From an uncultured Bacteroidales bacterium (GTDB taxonomy: Bacteria > Bacteroidota > Bacteroidia > Bacteroidales > JAEINX01): DNA of 64,000 bases. The notes under the pieces were generated by a model, which was not told where the DNA came from, did not search any database, and saw nothing but the letters and a program-made list of their open reading frames with translations. Shown one piece after another: positions 1 to 8,885 of the stretch; positions within the stretch are counted from its first letter, which is position 1, and every line of letters starts with the position of its first letter. The position numbers were made by a program, and so were the translations under genes. Location of the stretch: positions 19,819-83,818 of the forward strand of contig CAYWXI010000010.1 of the NCBI GenBank assembly GCA_964462015.1, written 5' to 3'.

Positions 1-1
1 T

Positions 2-1264
2 AAAACACAAATTGGTGTCCCGTCCGAACAAGTATTGAATAATTCAATTCAGGCCCTGGAATTCAATATTGCAAGCACAATTAAAAAATTAAGCAAAACA
101 CAAAAACCTAAAATTGCATTTATCGAAGGGCATGGAGAATTAGATAATAAAGAAACTTTTGATATTAATATTGCACTTTCAAATTACTATACTATCGAAA
201 GAGTGGAAATTGACGGTCAATTAAGTAGCCTTACCGAGAGATCAATGCCCGACTCAACAAAGATTACAATAAAAAACAAATTTGATGCAATTATTATAGC
301 TAAACCCGACTCCGTTTTCTCAGATAAAGACAAATTTATTATTGATCAATTTATTATGAGAGGCGGGAAAGTTTTATGGGTGATTGATCCGGTTTTTGCA
401 AGTTTAGATAGCTTGCAAAAAGCTGAATCAACATATGGAATTTCCAATAATTTAAATCTTGAAGACATATTATTTAAGTATGGAGTTCGTCTTAATAATG
501 ATTTAATAATGGATTTGCATGCCCTTCCGATACCTATGCGAACCGGACAAATCGGCAACCAACCCCAAATTGACTTTTTTCCATGGTATTATTTCCCAAT
601 TATTACTCCATTAATAAAACATCCGATCGTTAATAATTTAAATGCTATTAAAACCGAATTTGTTAGTAGTATTGACACTGTTAATGTTCCTGGAATTGAT
701 AAAACCGTTTTATTAACTACTTCGCAATATTCCAGAACATTAAACACTCCTGTTCTAATTGATGTAAGCATATTACAGGAACAACCTGATGAACGTTTTT
801 ACAGAAAAAAATTCGTTCCTATTGCCGTTTTACTTGAAGGAAGTTTCGAATCGGTTTTTAACAATCGTATTCCACCCGCAATCGCCAATGATTCAAAAAT
901 TGGATTTATTAATGAAAGCCTTCCAACTAAAATGATAGTTATTTCTGATGGAGATATTATTAAAAATCAATTTCATATTCCGCAAGGTTATCCACTCCCC
1001 CTGGGTTATGATCAATTTACAAGAGAAACATTTGGCAATAAAGAATTAATTTTGAATGCAATGAATTATTTGATTGATGATTCGGGATTAATTTCAATAA
1101 GATCAAGAGAACTAAAACTCCGTTTGCTTGACAAAACAGAAATAAGCAAATCTAAATTATTTTGGCAATTGCTTAATACATTAGGACCAATCATTCTAAT
1201 AGTGATTTTCGGTATTCTTCAAACCTATTTCAGAAGAAAAAAATACACAAAAAACTGGAATTAA
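2..1264 (+). CDS. gldG: GldG-like gliding-motility ABC-transporter auxiliary protein, 5'-truncated by the window edge
   Basis: The reading frame is open back to position 2, so the annotated start at 35 is probably internal. 'IAFIEGHGE' motif. C-terminal TM helix plus basic tail 'FRRKKYTKN'. A DUF4340-like gene follows, as in gldG loci. Confidence 0.7.
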   Translation, partial: KTQIGVPSEQVLNNSIQALEFNIASTIKKLSKTQKPKIAFIEGHGELDNKETFDINIALSNYYTIERVEIDGQLSSLTERSMPDSTKITIKNKFDAIIIAKPDSVFSDKDKFIIDQFIMRGGKVLWVIDPVFASLDSLQKAESTYGISNNLNLEDILFKYGVRLNNDLIMDLHALPIPMRTGQIGNQPQIDFFPWYYFPIITPLIKHPIVNNLNAIKTEFVSSIDTVNVPGIDKTVLLTTSQYSRTLNTPVLIDVSILQEQPDERFYRKKFVPIAVLLEGSFESVFNNRIPPAIANDSKIGFINESLPTKMIVISDGDIIKNQFHIPQGYPLPLGYDQFTRETFGNKELILNAMNYLIDDSGLISIRSRELKLRLLDKTEISKSKLFWQLLNTLGPIILIVIFGILQTYFRRKKYTKNWN

Positions 1265-1285
1265 AATATTAAACACACGATAAAT

Positions 1286-2329
1286 ATGAAAAAAAACAAA
1301 AAGATAATATTTGCCATAATTGTTCTCGCGATAATTGCCGCCATGTTTATATTTACACGCTCGAACAGTACTCTGAATAAAGATTATAAAGATTTTGCAA
1401 TTGCAGATACTTCTCTTATAACAAAAATTTATTTGGCTGATAAAAATAATAACAGTATCACTTTAAAGAAAAATTCACCCGGTGATTGGATTGTTAATGA
1501 GGGCCATAAAGCCCGGAACTCAGGTATCGAAACGATTTTGAATACCATGCAAAAAATCAGGGTCCGACAACCTGTCTCTAAAGCTGCTCATAATAGTGTT
1601 GTCAGAAGATTGTCATCTTCTTCAATAAAAGTCGAAATTTACCAAATGGCATATCGTATTAATTTATTTGGCCTAGTCAATTGGTTTCCTCACGAAAAAC
1701 TCGTAAAAACATATTATGTCGGTGGTGCAACTCGAAATAATATGGGGACATATATGTTGATTGAAGGTTCGCCTGAACCATTTGTTGTTCATATTCCAAG
1801 ATTCAGGGGGTTTGTAGCAACCAGATATTCGGTAAATCTTGAAGACTGGAGAGATTTTTCAATTTTCAAACAACATCCCTCGGAAATCGAATCTGTTAGT
1901 ATTGAGTTTCCTGAAGAACCTGAATTATCATATAAAATTATCACTAAAAACAATAATACTTTTGATGTTGTTTCATTATCAAATAATCAGGCACTTCAGG
2001 AATATGATACTTTAAAAGTGTTAAATTTCCTCTCATCTTTTAAAAACATTAATTTCGAAGCACTATTAAATGACAAAAAACCTGAATTCATTGATTCGGT
2101 TACTTCATACACTCCATTTCACATTATTACATTAAATGAAAAATCGGGAGGAAGCACAAAGGTTAAAACATTTCACAAAGGTGCTTATATCAAAGATGAT
2201 GATGAAAATCCCGCAAATGATATTGATCGTTTTTTTGCTTTGGTTAATGATGAAAAAGATTTTGTTCTTATCCAGTTTTACACTTTTGATAAAATTACAA
2301 GGCCGATAAACTATTTTAAAAAAGAATAA
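1286..2329 (+). CDS. DUF4340-like membrane-anchored protein (usual gldG neighbour)
   Basis: N-terminal TM anchor 'IIFAIIVLAIIAAMFIF'. Sits 21 nt downstream of gldG. Size and context fit the DUF4340 family. Confidence 0.5.
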   Translation: MKKNKKIIFAIIVLAIIAAMFIFTRSNSTLNKDYKDFAIADTSLITKIYLADKNNNSITLKKNSPGDWIVNEGHKARNSGIETILNTMQKIRVRQPVSKAAHNSVVRRLSSSSIKVEIYQMAYRINLFGLVNWFPHEKLVKTYYVGGATRNNMGTYMLIEGSPEPFVVHIPRFRGFVATRYSVNLEDWRDFSIFKQHPSEIESVSIEFPEEPELSYKIITKNNNTFDVVSLSNNQALQEYDTLKVLNFLSSFKNINFEALLNDKKPEFIDSVTSYTPFHIITLNEKSGGSTKVKTFHKGAYIKDDDENPANDIDRFFALVNDEKDFVLIQFYTFDKITRPINYFKKE

Positions 2330-2376
2330 TTAGTATGCTTCTGTGATAAAATTTTCTATTTGAAAATTAAAAATTA

Positions 2377-3651
2377 ATGTTTTCAAAGATATTAAAATCT
2401 GAGTTTGTAAGGAATGTCCTTACATTAATGACAGGTACTGCTATTGCCCAGGCAATACAGCTTTTAATATCCCCGGTTTTAACAAGATTATACACTCCTG
2501 AAGATTTTGGTGTTTTAGCATTATTTATGTCTTTTGTAGTAATAATCGGTACCATTTCTACTGCCCGCTATGAATTAGCCATAATGCTTCCCAAACATAA
2601 GCGTGACGCAGTAAATATATTAGCCCTATCATTGATAATCTGTACCATAACATCATTGCTTTCGCTAATAATTATTTTGATTTTTAAGAATCAAATTATT
2701 TTGCTTTTAGGTTTTGAGGAATTGAGAATATGGTTATATTTTGCTCCGATTACAATATTTTTTATGGGTGTTTATCAGGCATTCAATTATTGGTCAACCA
2801 GGAATAAAACTTTTACAAAGAATGCAATAAGCAGGGTTGCACAATCCTCAACAGTTGCAGCTACAAACATTTCTGTGGGTTTTGTTAACACCGGTCCGGT
2901 AGGTTTAATCTTAGGAGCAATTTTAGGCCAAATTATCGGAGCATTGGTTCTTTCATGGAAAACACTTGTTAATTTCAATAATTTTCGAAAACAATTATCA
3001 TTTAAGTTAATTAAAATTAATGCCAAAAAATACAGTAACTTTCTGAAAATTAACACCCCGCATACCTTTGTTAATTCATTGCAAGATAATGGCATTGTAT
3101 ATGTCATTATATATTTCTTCTCCAAAATTGTTCTTGGTTCATATTCTTTTGCATTCAGAATACTTAAGGCACCTGTTGGATTAATAGGAGGGGCAATGAG
3201 CCAGGTATTCTATCAAAAAGCTTCCAAAGCATATCATGATAAAGAAAACATACAGCCATTGATATTAAAAATGTATAAAAATCTTTTTTTGATTGGGTTT
3301 CCGTTGTTTTTAATTCTGTTTTTGTTTACACCTGATATTTTCTCATTCGTATTTAGTGAGAAATGGAGAATGGCAGGGAAAATAGCTCAAATTATTATTC
3401 CCTGGATTTTTTTAAATTTTTTAGCTTCCCCGGTTTCAAGCATAGCAATAATTATGAACAAGCAAAAAGAAGCTATGTTTATTACCTTTGCAGATATATC
3501 ACTCAGAATAGTAGCATTATTAATCGGGGGATATTATAATGATTATAAATTGTCTTTTATTTTAATGAGTATAACTTGCAGCATGTTATTGATTTATGCA
3601 TTATTTTGGTACTACCGAATTGCTAAAACAAAAACCTCTGATGCATATTAA
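2377..3651 (+). CDS. Wzx-like oligosaccharide/polysaccharide flippase (MOP superfamily)
   Basis: 424 aa and hydrophobic throughout, with many predicted TM helices. First gene of the glycosyltransferase cluster. Confidence 0.65.
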   Translation: MFSKILKSEFVRNVLTLMTGTAIAQAIQLLISPVLTRLYTPEDFGVLALFMSFVVIIGTISTARYELAIMLPKHKRDAVNILALSLIICTITSLLSLIIILIFKNQIILLLGFEELRIWLYFAPITIFFMGVYQAFNYWSTRNKTFTKNAISRVAQSSTVAATNISVGFVNTGPVGLILGAILGQIIGALVLSWKTLVNFNNFRKQLSFKLIKINAKKYSNFLKINTPHTFVNSLQDNGIVYVIIYFFSKIVLGSYSFAFRILKAPVGLIGGAMSQVFYQKASKAYHDKENIQPLILKMYKNLFLIGFPLFLILFLFTPDIFSFVFSEKWRMAGKIAQIIIPWIFLNFLASPVSSIAIIMNKQKEAMFITFADISLRIVALLIGGYYNDYKLSFILMSITCSMLLIYALFWYYRIAKTKTSDAY

Positions 3652-3681
3652 CTATATTAGTAATTAATTAAATATGGCATT

Positions 3682-4254
3682 ATGTTCAAATCTTGGATCA
3701 GACGAAAATTTGTTTACATTACAAAACCCAGAATGATCTGGGGTTATAAAAGACATGATGGAGTTTACTTAAAAAATACAAGAATCAGTAATACAAGCTT
3801 CATTGATAATCCAGAAAATTTAGATATTGAAGAAAACGTGTTTATCGGCCATTATAATTATGTTGAAGCAAGTAATGGAATTACTATAAAAGAAGGATGC
3901 CAGATAACTAACTTTGCTTCTATCACATCGCATTCAAGTCATGTTTCAATCAGGTTATATGGTAAAAGATATCGGGATTTTAAAAATCATTCAGGATATG
4001 AAAAAGGCTCCGTTTTTATTGGAAAATATTCATTTGTCGGGCCTCATTCTGTTATAATGCCAAACACTTCTATCGGTAAAGGGTCAATAGTGGGAGCCTA
4101 TAGTTATGTTCAGGGCAATTTTCCTGATTTCTCTATTATTAAAGGAAATCCTGCAAAAGTTGTTGGTGATACACGTAATTTGGATTCAAAATTTCTGAAG
4201 GAAAATCCTGAACTTGAAGAGTTTTATAATGAATGGGCATTTTGCCAAAAATAG
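3682..4254 (+). CDS. hexapeptide-repeat (left-handed beta-helix) acyl/acetyltransferase
   Basis: Hexapeptide-like repeats such as 'IGKGSIVGAYSYVQG' and 'IIKGNPAKVVG'. Sugar O-acetyltransferase context. Confidence 0.7.
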   Translation: MFKSWIRRKFVYITKPRMIWGYKRHDGVYLKNTRISNTSFIDNPENLDIEENVFIGHYNYVEASNGITIKEGCQITNFASITSHSSHVSIRLYGKRYRDFKNHSGYEKGSVFIGKYSFVGPHSVIMPNTSIGKGSIVGAYSYVQGNFPDFSIIKGNPAKVVGDTRNLDSKFLKENPELEEFYNEWAFCQK

Positions 4255-4271
4255 AACAAAGAATTATATTT

Positions 4272-5315
4272 ATGAAATTGTTAACTGTAGGCTCAAATGT
4301 TATTCATCTGAAAAATTATCATAATCTTATATCGGATAATGATTATGAGATAATGTTTATTACTGACAGGTTGAATGAGAAATTTAGTTACGATAATTTA
4401 AAACTTGTTCCATTCTCAATCAAAAATCCTCTTCAAATAAAGAAATCCATTAACCAAATTAAGCAAATTGTCATGAATTTCCGACCTGATATTATTCATA
4501 TTCATCAAGCCGGAACAAATGCATATCTTACTCTGAAAGCCTCCAAAACATTTAATATACCTAAAATCGTGACAGCATGGGGAAGCGATATTCTTGTTAA
4601 TCCACACAAAGGCCGGCTTTATAAAAAGATGACAAAATATATCCTGAAAAATTCTGATTATTTCACTTCCGATTCTTTATTTATGGCTTCTAAAATGCAA
4701 GAGTTAGCTTCGCCACGGGAACTTGATATTACGATTGCAAATTTTGGAATAAATATTGAAAAATCAGATTTGCCAAAAGAGAATATTATCTATTCAAACA
4801 GACTCCATAAAAAACTGTATAGACTGGATAAAATGATAAAAGCTTATCATAAGTTCATAACAAACAGAAAACATGAGAAATGGAAATTAGTAATTGCAGG
4901 TGAGGGAGAAGAAACCGATAACTTAAAAAAATTAGTATCGGAATTATCTTTAACTGATAAAGTAGATTTTGTTGGATGGATTAAAAATGAAGAAAATTCC
5001 AATTATTATAATCGTTCAAAGATTTTTATTTCAATTCCCGAATCGGATGCTACGGCCATTAGTTTGCTCGAAGCAATGTCGGCAGATTGTATTCCTGTTT
5101 TATCCAATTTACCTGCTAATACCGAATGGGTAATTGACGGATTAAATGGAATAATTGCTGATAACCTGAAAGAGAATTTTATTGAACGGGCATTGGATTT
5201 AGACATTAAAAAAGTTAAAGAAATAAATTCATATATCATTGATAAAAAAGCAACAAAAGATGCAAACAGAAGAAAATTTATTGATTTGTATAACAAAGCA
5301 TTAGGAAATGCATAA
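4272..5315 (+). CDS. glycosyltransferase, GT-B fold (GT4/group 1)
   Basis: The ATG at 4272 (MKLLTVGSN) is preferred over the ORF-track start at 4233. C-terminal E-x7-E region 'ESDATAISLLEAMSADCIPVLS'. Confidence 0.75.
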   Translation: MKLLTVGSNVIHLKNYHNLISDNDYEIMFITDRLNEKFSYDNLKLVPFSIKNPLQIKKSINQIKQIVMNFRPDIIHIHQAGTNAYLTLKASKTFNIPKIVTAWGSDILVNPHKGRLYKKMTKYILKNSDYFTSDSLFMASKMQELASPRELDITIANFGINIEKSDLPKENIIYSNRLHKKLYRLDKMIKAYHKFITNRKHEKWKLVIAGEGEETDNLKKLVSELSLTDKVDFVGWIKNEENSNYYNRSKIFISIPESDATAISLLEAMSADCIPVLSNLPANTEWVIDGLNGIIADNLKENFIERALDLDIKKVKEINSYIIDKKATKDANRRKFIDLYNKALGNA

Positions 5316-5345
5316 AAATTTTCAAACATCTAACATATCATTAAA

Positions 5346-6455
5346 ATGAAAGTTTGCCATCTTACATCAGTACATCATCGGAATGATACACGTATCTTTT
5401 ATAAGGAATTGCCTGCACTGGCAGAAGCAGGTTTCAATGTTAGTGTTATAGTAGCTGACGGAAAAGGTAACGAGCAAAGGCCGGGATATTTTATCTATGA
5501 TGCAGGGAATTCCACAAACAGGCTGCAAAGATTGATCCTGACTACTAAAAAAGTTTTCAAAAAGGCATTAGAACTTGATGCAGATATTTATCATTTTCAC
5601 GATCCGGAATTATTATTGACCGGGAAAAAACTGAAAATAAAGGGAAAAAAAGTAATCTATGATGCCCATGAAGATGTTCCTCGCCAGATTTTAAGTAAAT
5701 ACTGGATTAATAAAAACATTCGTAAAATTATTTCTTTTGCTACCGAACGTTTTGAAAATTCCGTTTGCAAAAAACTTGATTTTATAATAACTGCCACACC
5801 GTTTATCCGTGAACGTTTTTTAAAGATCAATCCAAATGTACTTGATATTAACAATTTCCCAGTGTTGGATTTTGAAAAAGAATCGCCGGATTGGAGTAAT
5901 AGAGAAAATAAAGTTTGTTATATCGGAAGCCTGACAAAGGTGAGAGGAATAACAGAATTGGTAAAATCTTTATCTTATAATGAAGGGATCACTTTGGAAC
6001 TTGGTGGCACTTTTTCACCTGAAGAATATAGAAATGAAATAATTAAAACCGAAGGATGGAATAGAGTGACTGAATACGGGTTCGTTAACAGAGAAACTGC
6101 CAATATAATTATGGCTAGTTCAATTGCTGGAATTGTTACTTTGCACCCAATTATTAATTATACAGATTCTTTTCCGGTTAAAATGTTTGAATATATGGCA
6201 GCCGGAATTCCGGTAATTGCTTCAGATTTCCCGTTGTGGAAAGAAATTGTAGAGGATAATAATTGCGGGATTTGTGTAAATCCTTTGGATCCTGTACAGA
6301 TTGCAGATGCAATCAATTATATTAATAAAAATCCACAACAAGCTGAAAAAATGGGACGGAATGGATTGAAAATGGTTGAGGAAAAATATAACTGGGAAAT
6401 TGAAAAAAAGAAATTAATTTCAATTTACTCAAAATTACTTTTACATATCAAATGA
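5346..6455 (+). CDS. glycosyltransferase, GT-B fold (GT4/group 1)
   Basis: N-terminus 'MKVCHLTSVHHRNDTRIF' is typical of this family. 'FPVKMFEYMAAGIPVIAS' E-x7-E region. Confidence 0.75.
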   Translation: MKVCHLTSVHHRNDTRIFYKELPALAEAGFNVSVIVADGKGNEQRPGYFIYDAGNSTNRLQRLILTTKKVFKKALELDADIYHFHDPELLLTGKKLKIKGKKVIYDAHEDVPRQILSKYWINKNIRKIISFATERFENSVCKKLDFIITATPFIRERFLKINPNVLDINNFPVLDFEKESPDWSNRENKVCYIGSLTKVRGITELVKSLSYNEGITLELGGTFSPEEYRNEIIKTEGWNRVTEYGFVNRETANIIMASSIAGIVTLHPIINYTDSFPVKMFEYMAAGIPVIASDFPLWKEIVEDNNCGICVNPLDPVQIADAINYINKNPQQAEKMGRNGLKMVEEKYNWEIEKKKLISIYSKLLLHIK

Positions 6456-7204
6456 TGGAATTAGTTTCAATTATAACTACAGTTTACAATTCGGAAAAAT
6501 ATATTTCTGAAACTATTGAGTCTGTCCTAGCACAAACTTACACATATTGGGAAATGATTATTGTTGATGATTATTCTGCTGATAAAAGCAGGGAAATTGT
6601 CAAAGATTTCTTAAATAAAGATAACAGAATCAGGTTAATTGAATTGAAAGAAAATTCAGGAACAGGAAAAGCCAGGAATGTTGCATTGAAAAATGCAAAA
6701 GGAAGATTTGTTGCTTTTTTAGATAGCGATGATACCTGGTTACCTGAAAAACTTGAAAAACAAATCAGGTTTATGCTTGATAACGAATATCCAATCAGCT
6801 ATACTTCTTATAAATTAATTGATCATAAAGGCAATGATTTAAACAGGATAATTAAAGCAATTAACAATGTAAACATGCATAAATACCTGAAAAATACCAT
6901 TATCGGCCATTCAAGTTCGATGATAGATTTAAAAAAAACAGGTGTTTTCAAAATTGCGGATATTCGAATACGGGTTGATACGCAAACTTGGATTAATTTG
7001 TTGAAAAAAGGCTTTGTTGCCTATGGCCTTGATGAAGTATTAATGATCTATCGTGTTCATAATAAATCTATATCATCAAACAAATTATTTGCTGCAAAAA
7101 AAACATGGAATTTATATTACAACATTGAAAAACTCGGGTTTTTTAAATCAATGTTTTATTTTGGTAATTATGCATTCAATGCATTTAAAAAGCATTATTT
7201 ATGA
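6452..7204 (+). CDS. glycosyltransferase family 2
   Basis: 'VSIITTVYNSEKYISETIESVLAQTY', 'IIVDDYSAD' and the 'FLDSDD' DxD motif. 4-nt overlap with the upstream GT. Confidence 0.85.
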   Translation: MMELVSIITTVYNSEKYISETIESVLAQTYTYWEMIIVDDYSADKSREIVKDFLNKDNRIRLIELKENSGTGKARNVALKNAKGRFVAFLDSDDTWLPEKLEKQIRFMLDNEYPISYTSYKLIDHKGNDLNRIIKAINNVNMHKYLKNTIIGHSSSMIDLKKTGVFKIADIRIRVDTQTWINLLKKGFVAYGLDEVLMIYRVHNKSISSNKLFAAKKTWNLYYNIEKLGFFKSMFYFGNYAFNAFKKHYL

Positions 7205-7297
7205 TGAGTGAATTAAAAAAATCTTTATGTTTGTTAATGCTGTTTTTCCTTTTTTCAGGACATATATAAATACAGCAATAAATATTTAGGGATCAGT

Positions 7298-8569
7298 ATG
7301 TTTAATCCGAAAACACATAATCAGATTTATTTCTTTCTGTTTCTGGCATTGGCTTTCAGTATTCCTTTGCATGAGAAATTGACACCACCCATAATTGCAC
7401 TCATAGGCTTAAACTGGCTCCTCGAAGCGAATTTTATTAAAAAAGCAAAAGAAGTCCTACACAATCGAAAGCGTTCATTTTTATTTTTGTTTTCGCTATT
7501 ATATTTTTTCTATTTGTTTGGGCTTTTGTATTCACAAAACTTGGATTATGCATTATTCGATATTCAAATGAAGTTATCATTATTGATTTTTCCTTTGATC
7601 TTTTCTACACTGGATTTTAACTTTTTCAATAAAGAAAAAATAAATAAAATACTTTGGGCCTTTGTTTTTGGTTCGCTTACGATTTCTGTTTCATGTTTAA
7701 TATCATCATTTTTTGAATACCAAAAAACTTCCTTGCTCCAAGATTTTTATTACATCCGATTATCTGATATTAGGTTATTTGGCTTCAAGTTAATATCGAA
7801 GCATCCATCATATTTTGCAATGTCCCTGAATTTTTCATCCGGAATAATATTAATTAAATTAATTGAGAATCTAAAAAAACATTCTTTATTAATTAATTTT
7901 TTATTAATAATTACAATATTGTTTTTCTTTATTTTTATTTTCTTATTAAGCTCAAAAGCAGGAATTAGTAGTTTTGTTTTAGTCTCATGCAGTATTATTG
8001 TCTATCTGATTATTTATAAAAAACAATATTTTATCAGTCTAATAATGGTGGTGGTTATTCCGATAATTTTCTTTTTTTCTATTGAACTTTTCCCACATTC
8101 ATTTGATAGAATTGTTGAAGCAACTGAAATAGTTAACAAAAGTGAAGAAATAAATAAAAATACAATAGATGGTACTGCCGAGAGAATTTTAATTTGGCAT
8201 TCAGCATTAGAGATCATCAAAAAGAATTTTCTTTTTGGTGTTGGAACCGGTGATGTTAAAGATATTTTAATGAAAGAATATAAAAAAGAACATATTACCG
8301 AAGCTTACAAGCAAAAACTAAATGCACATAACCAATATCTTCAAACCAGCCTTTCGATAGGTTTTTTTGGTTTAATAGTTTTATTAATAAGCCTTTTATT
8401 ACCTTTTGTCGATTCGTTTAAAAATGGCAACTTTCTTTTTATTATTTTTTTGCTGATAATTTCTTTTAATTTCTTATTCGAGTCGATGCTTGAAAGGCAA
8501 TCGGGAGTTGTATTTTATGCATTCTTCAACTCTTTTTTATTCTTTTCGAAAAAGGATTATGAAAGTTGA
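7298..8569 (+). CDS. O-antigen polymerase/ligase-like (Wzy-type) membrane protein
   Basis: Polytopic membrane protein. A large loop is followed by 'AHNQYLQT', typical of the Wzy_C/O-antigen ligase domain. Last gene of the glycan cluster. Confidence 0.6.
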   Translation: MFNPKTHNQIYFFLFLALAFSIPLHEKLTPPIIALIGLNWLLEANFIKKAKEVLHNRKRSFLFLFSLLYFFYLFGLLYSQNLDYALFDIQMKLSLLIFPLIFSTLDFNFFNKEKINKILWAFVFGSLTISVSCLISSFFEYQKTSLLQDFYYIRLSDIRLFGFKLISKHPSYFAMSLNFSSGIILIKLIENLKKHSLLINFLLIITILFFFIFIFLLSSKAGISSFVLVSCSIIVYLIIYKKQYFISLIMVVVIPIIFFFSIELFPHSFDRIVEATEIVNKSEEINKNTIDGTAERILIWHSALEIIKKNFLFGVGTGDVKDILMKEYKKEHITEAYKQKLNAHNQYLQTSLSIGFFGLIVLLISLLLPFVDSFKNGNFLFIIFLLIISFNFLFESMLERQSGVVFYAFFNSFLFFSKKDYES

Positions 8570-8832
8570 TAATTGTTAAATGGCTAAATTGTTACATTGT
8601 TTTTGTTTAATCTTAAATCCGCAATTCAAGGTTTGACCTCTTTAATAATAAGCTTTATACTAAAACAAATCGCAGCTTCGCTGTAAACAAAAAATATGAC
8701 ACTGATTTATTATGATAATTATGATGTTACTGATTTTTTAATGTATGTAATTATAATATCTGTTATTTTTTTACAACATAAACTTTGCTAAAAAAACAAA
8801 GTTTTATACGAAAATATTTTTTCTTGTATTTG

Positions 8833-8885
8833 CCCAACTCCAACACTCCATCTCTCCATCACTCCCTCTCTCAGTCTCTCCTCTT
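8833..8885. repeat. pyrimidine-rich degenerate repeat (CACTCCATC-type) abutting the polA stop codon
   Basis: 'ccaactccaacactccatctctccatcactccctctctcagtctctcctcttt'. Contains the 12-mer ctccatcactcc (8854-8865), which recurs at 61986-61997. Confidence 0.6.

Noticed and set aside
346-771. Short antisense ORFs inside gldG (346-558 and 589-771). Analogous nested ORFs lie inside other genes, e.g. 2787-3125, 5006-5329, 9973-10158, 18144-18404, 25087-25476, 30494-30760, 53466-53735, 62861-63142, 63225-63476.
   Set aside because: Each is fully embedded, on the opposite strand or in another frame, within a longer ORF that has clear family motifs. They are low-complexity, as expected for AT-rich DNA, and have no independent support.
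8697-8792. 31-aa ORF (MTLIYYDNYDVTDFLMYVIIISVIFLQHKLC) with a hydrophobic tail in the Wzy-polA spacer.
   Set aside because: No promoter box, conservation or other evidence. Such ORFs arise readily by chance in AT-rich spacers.
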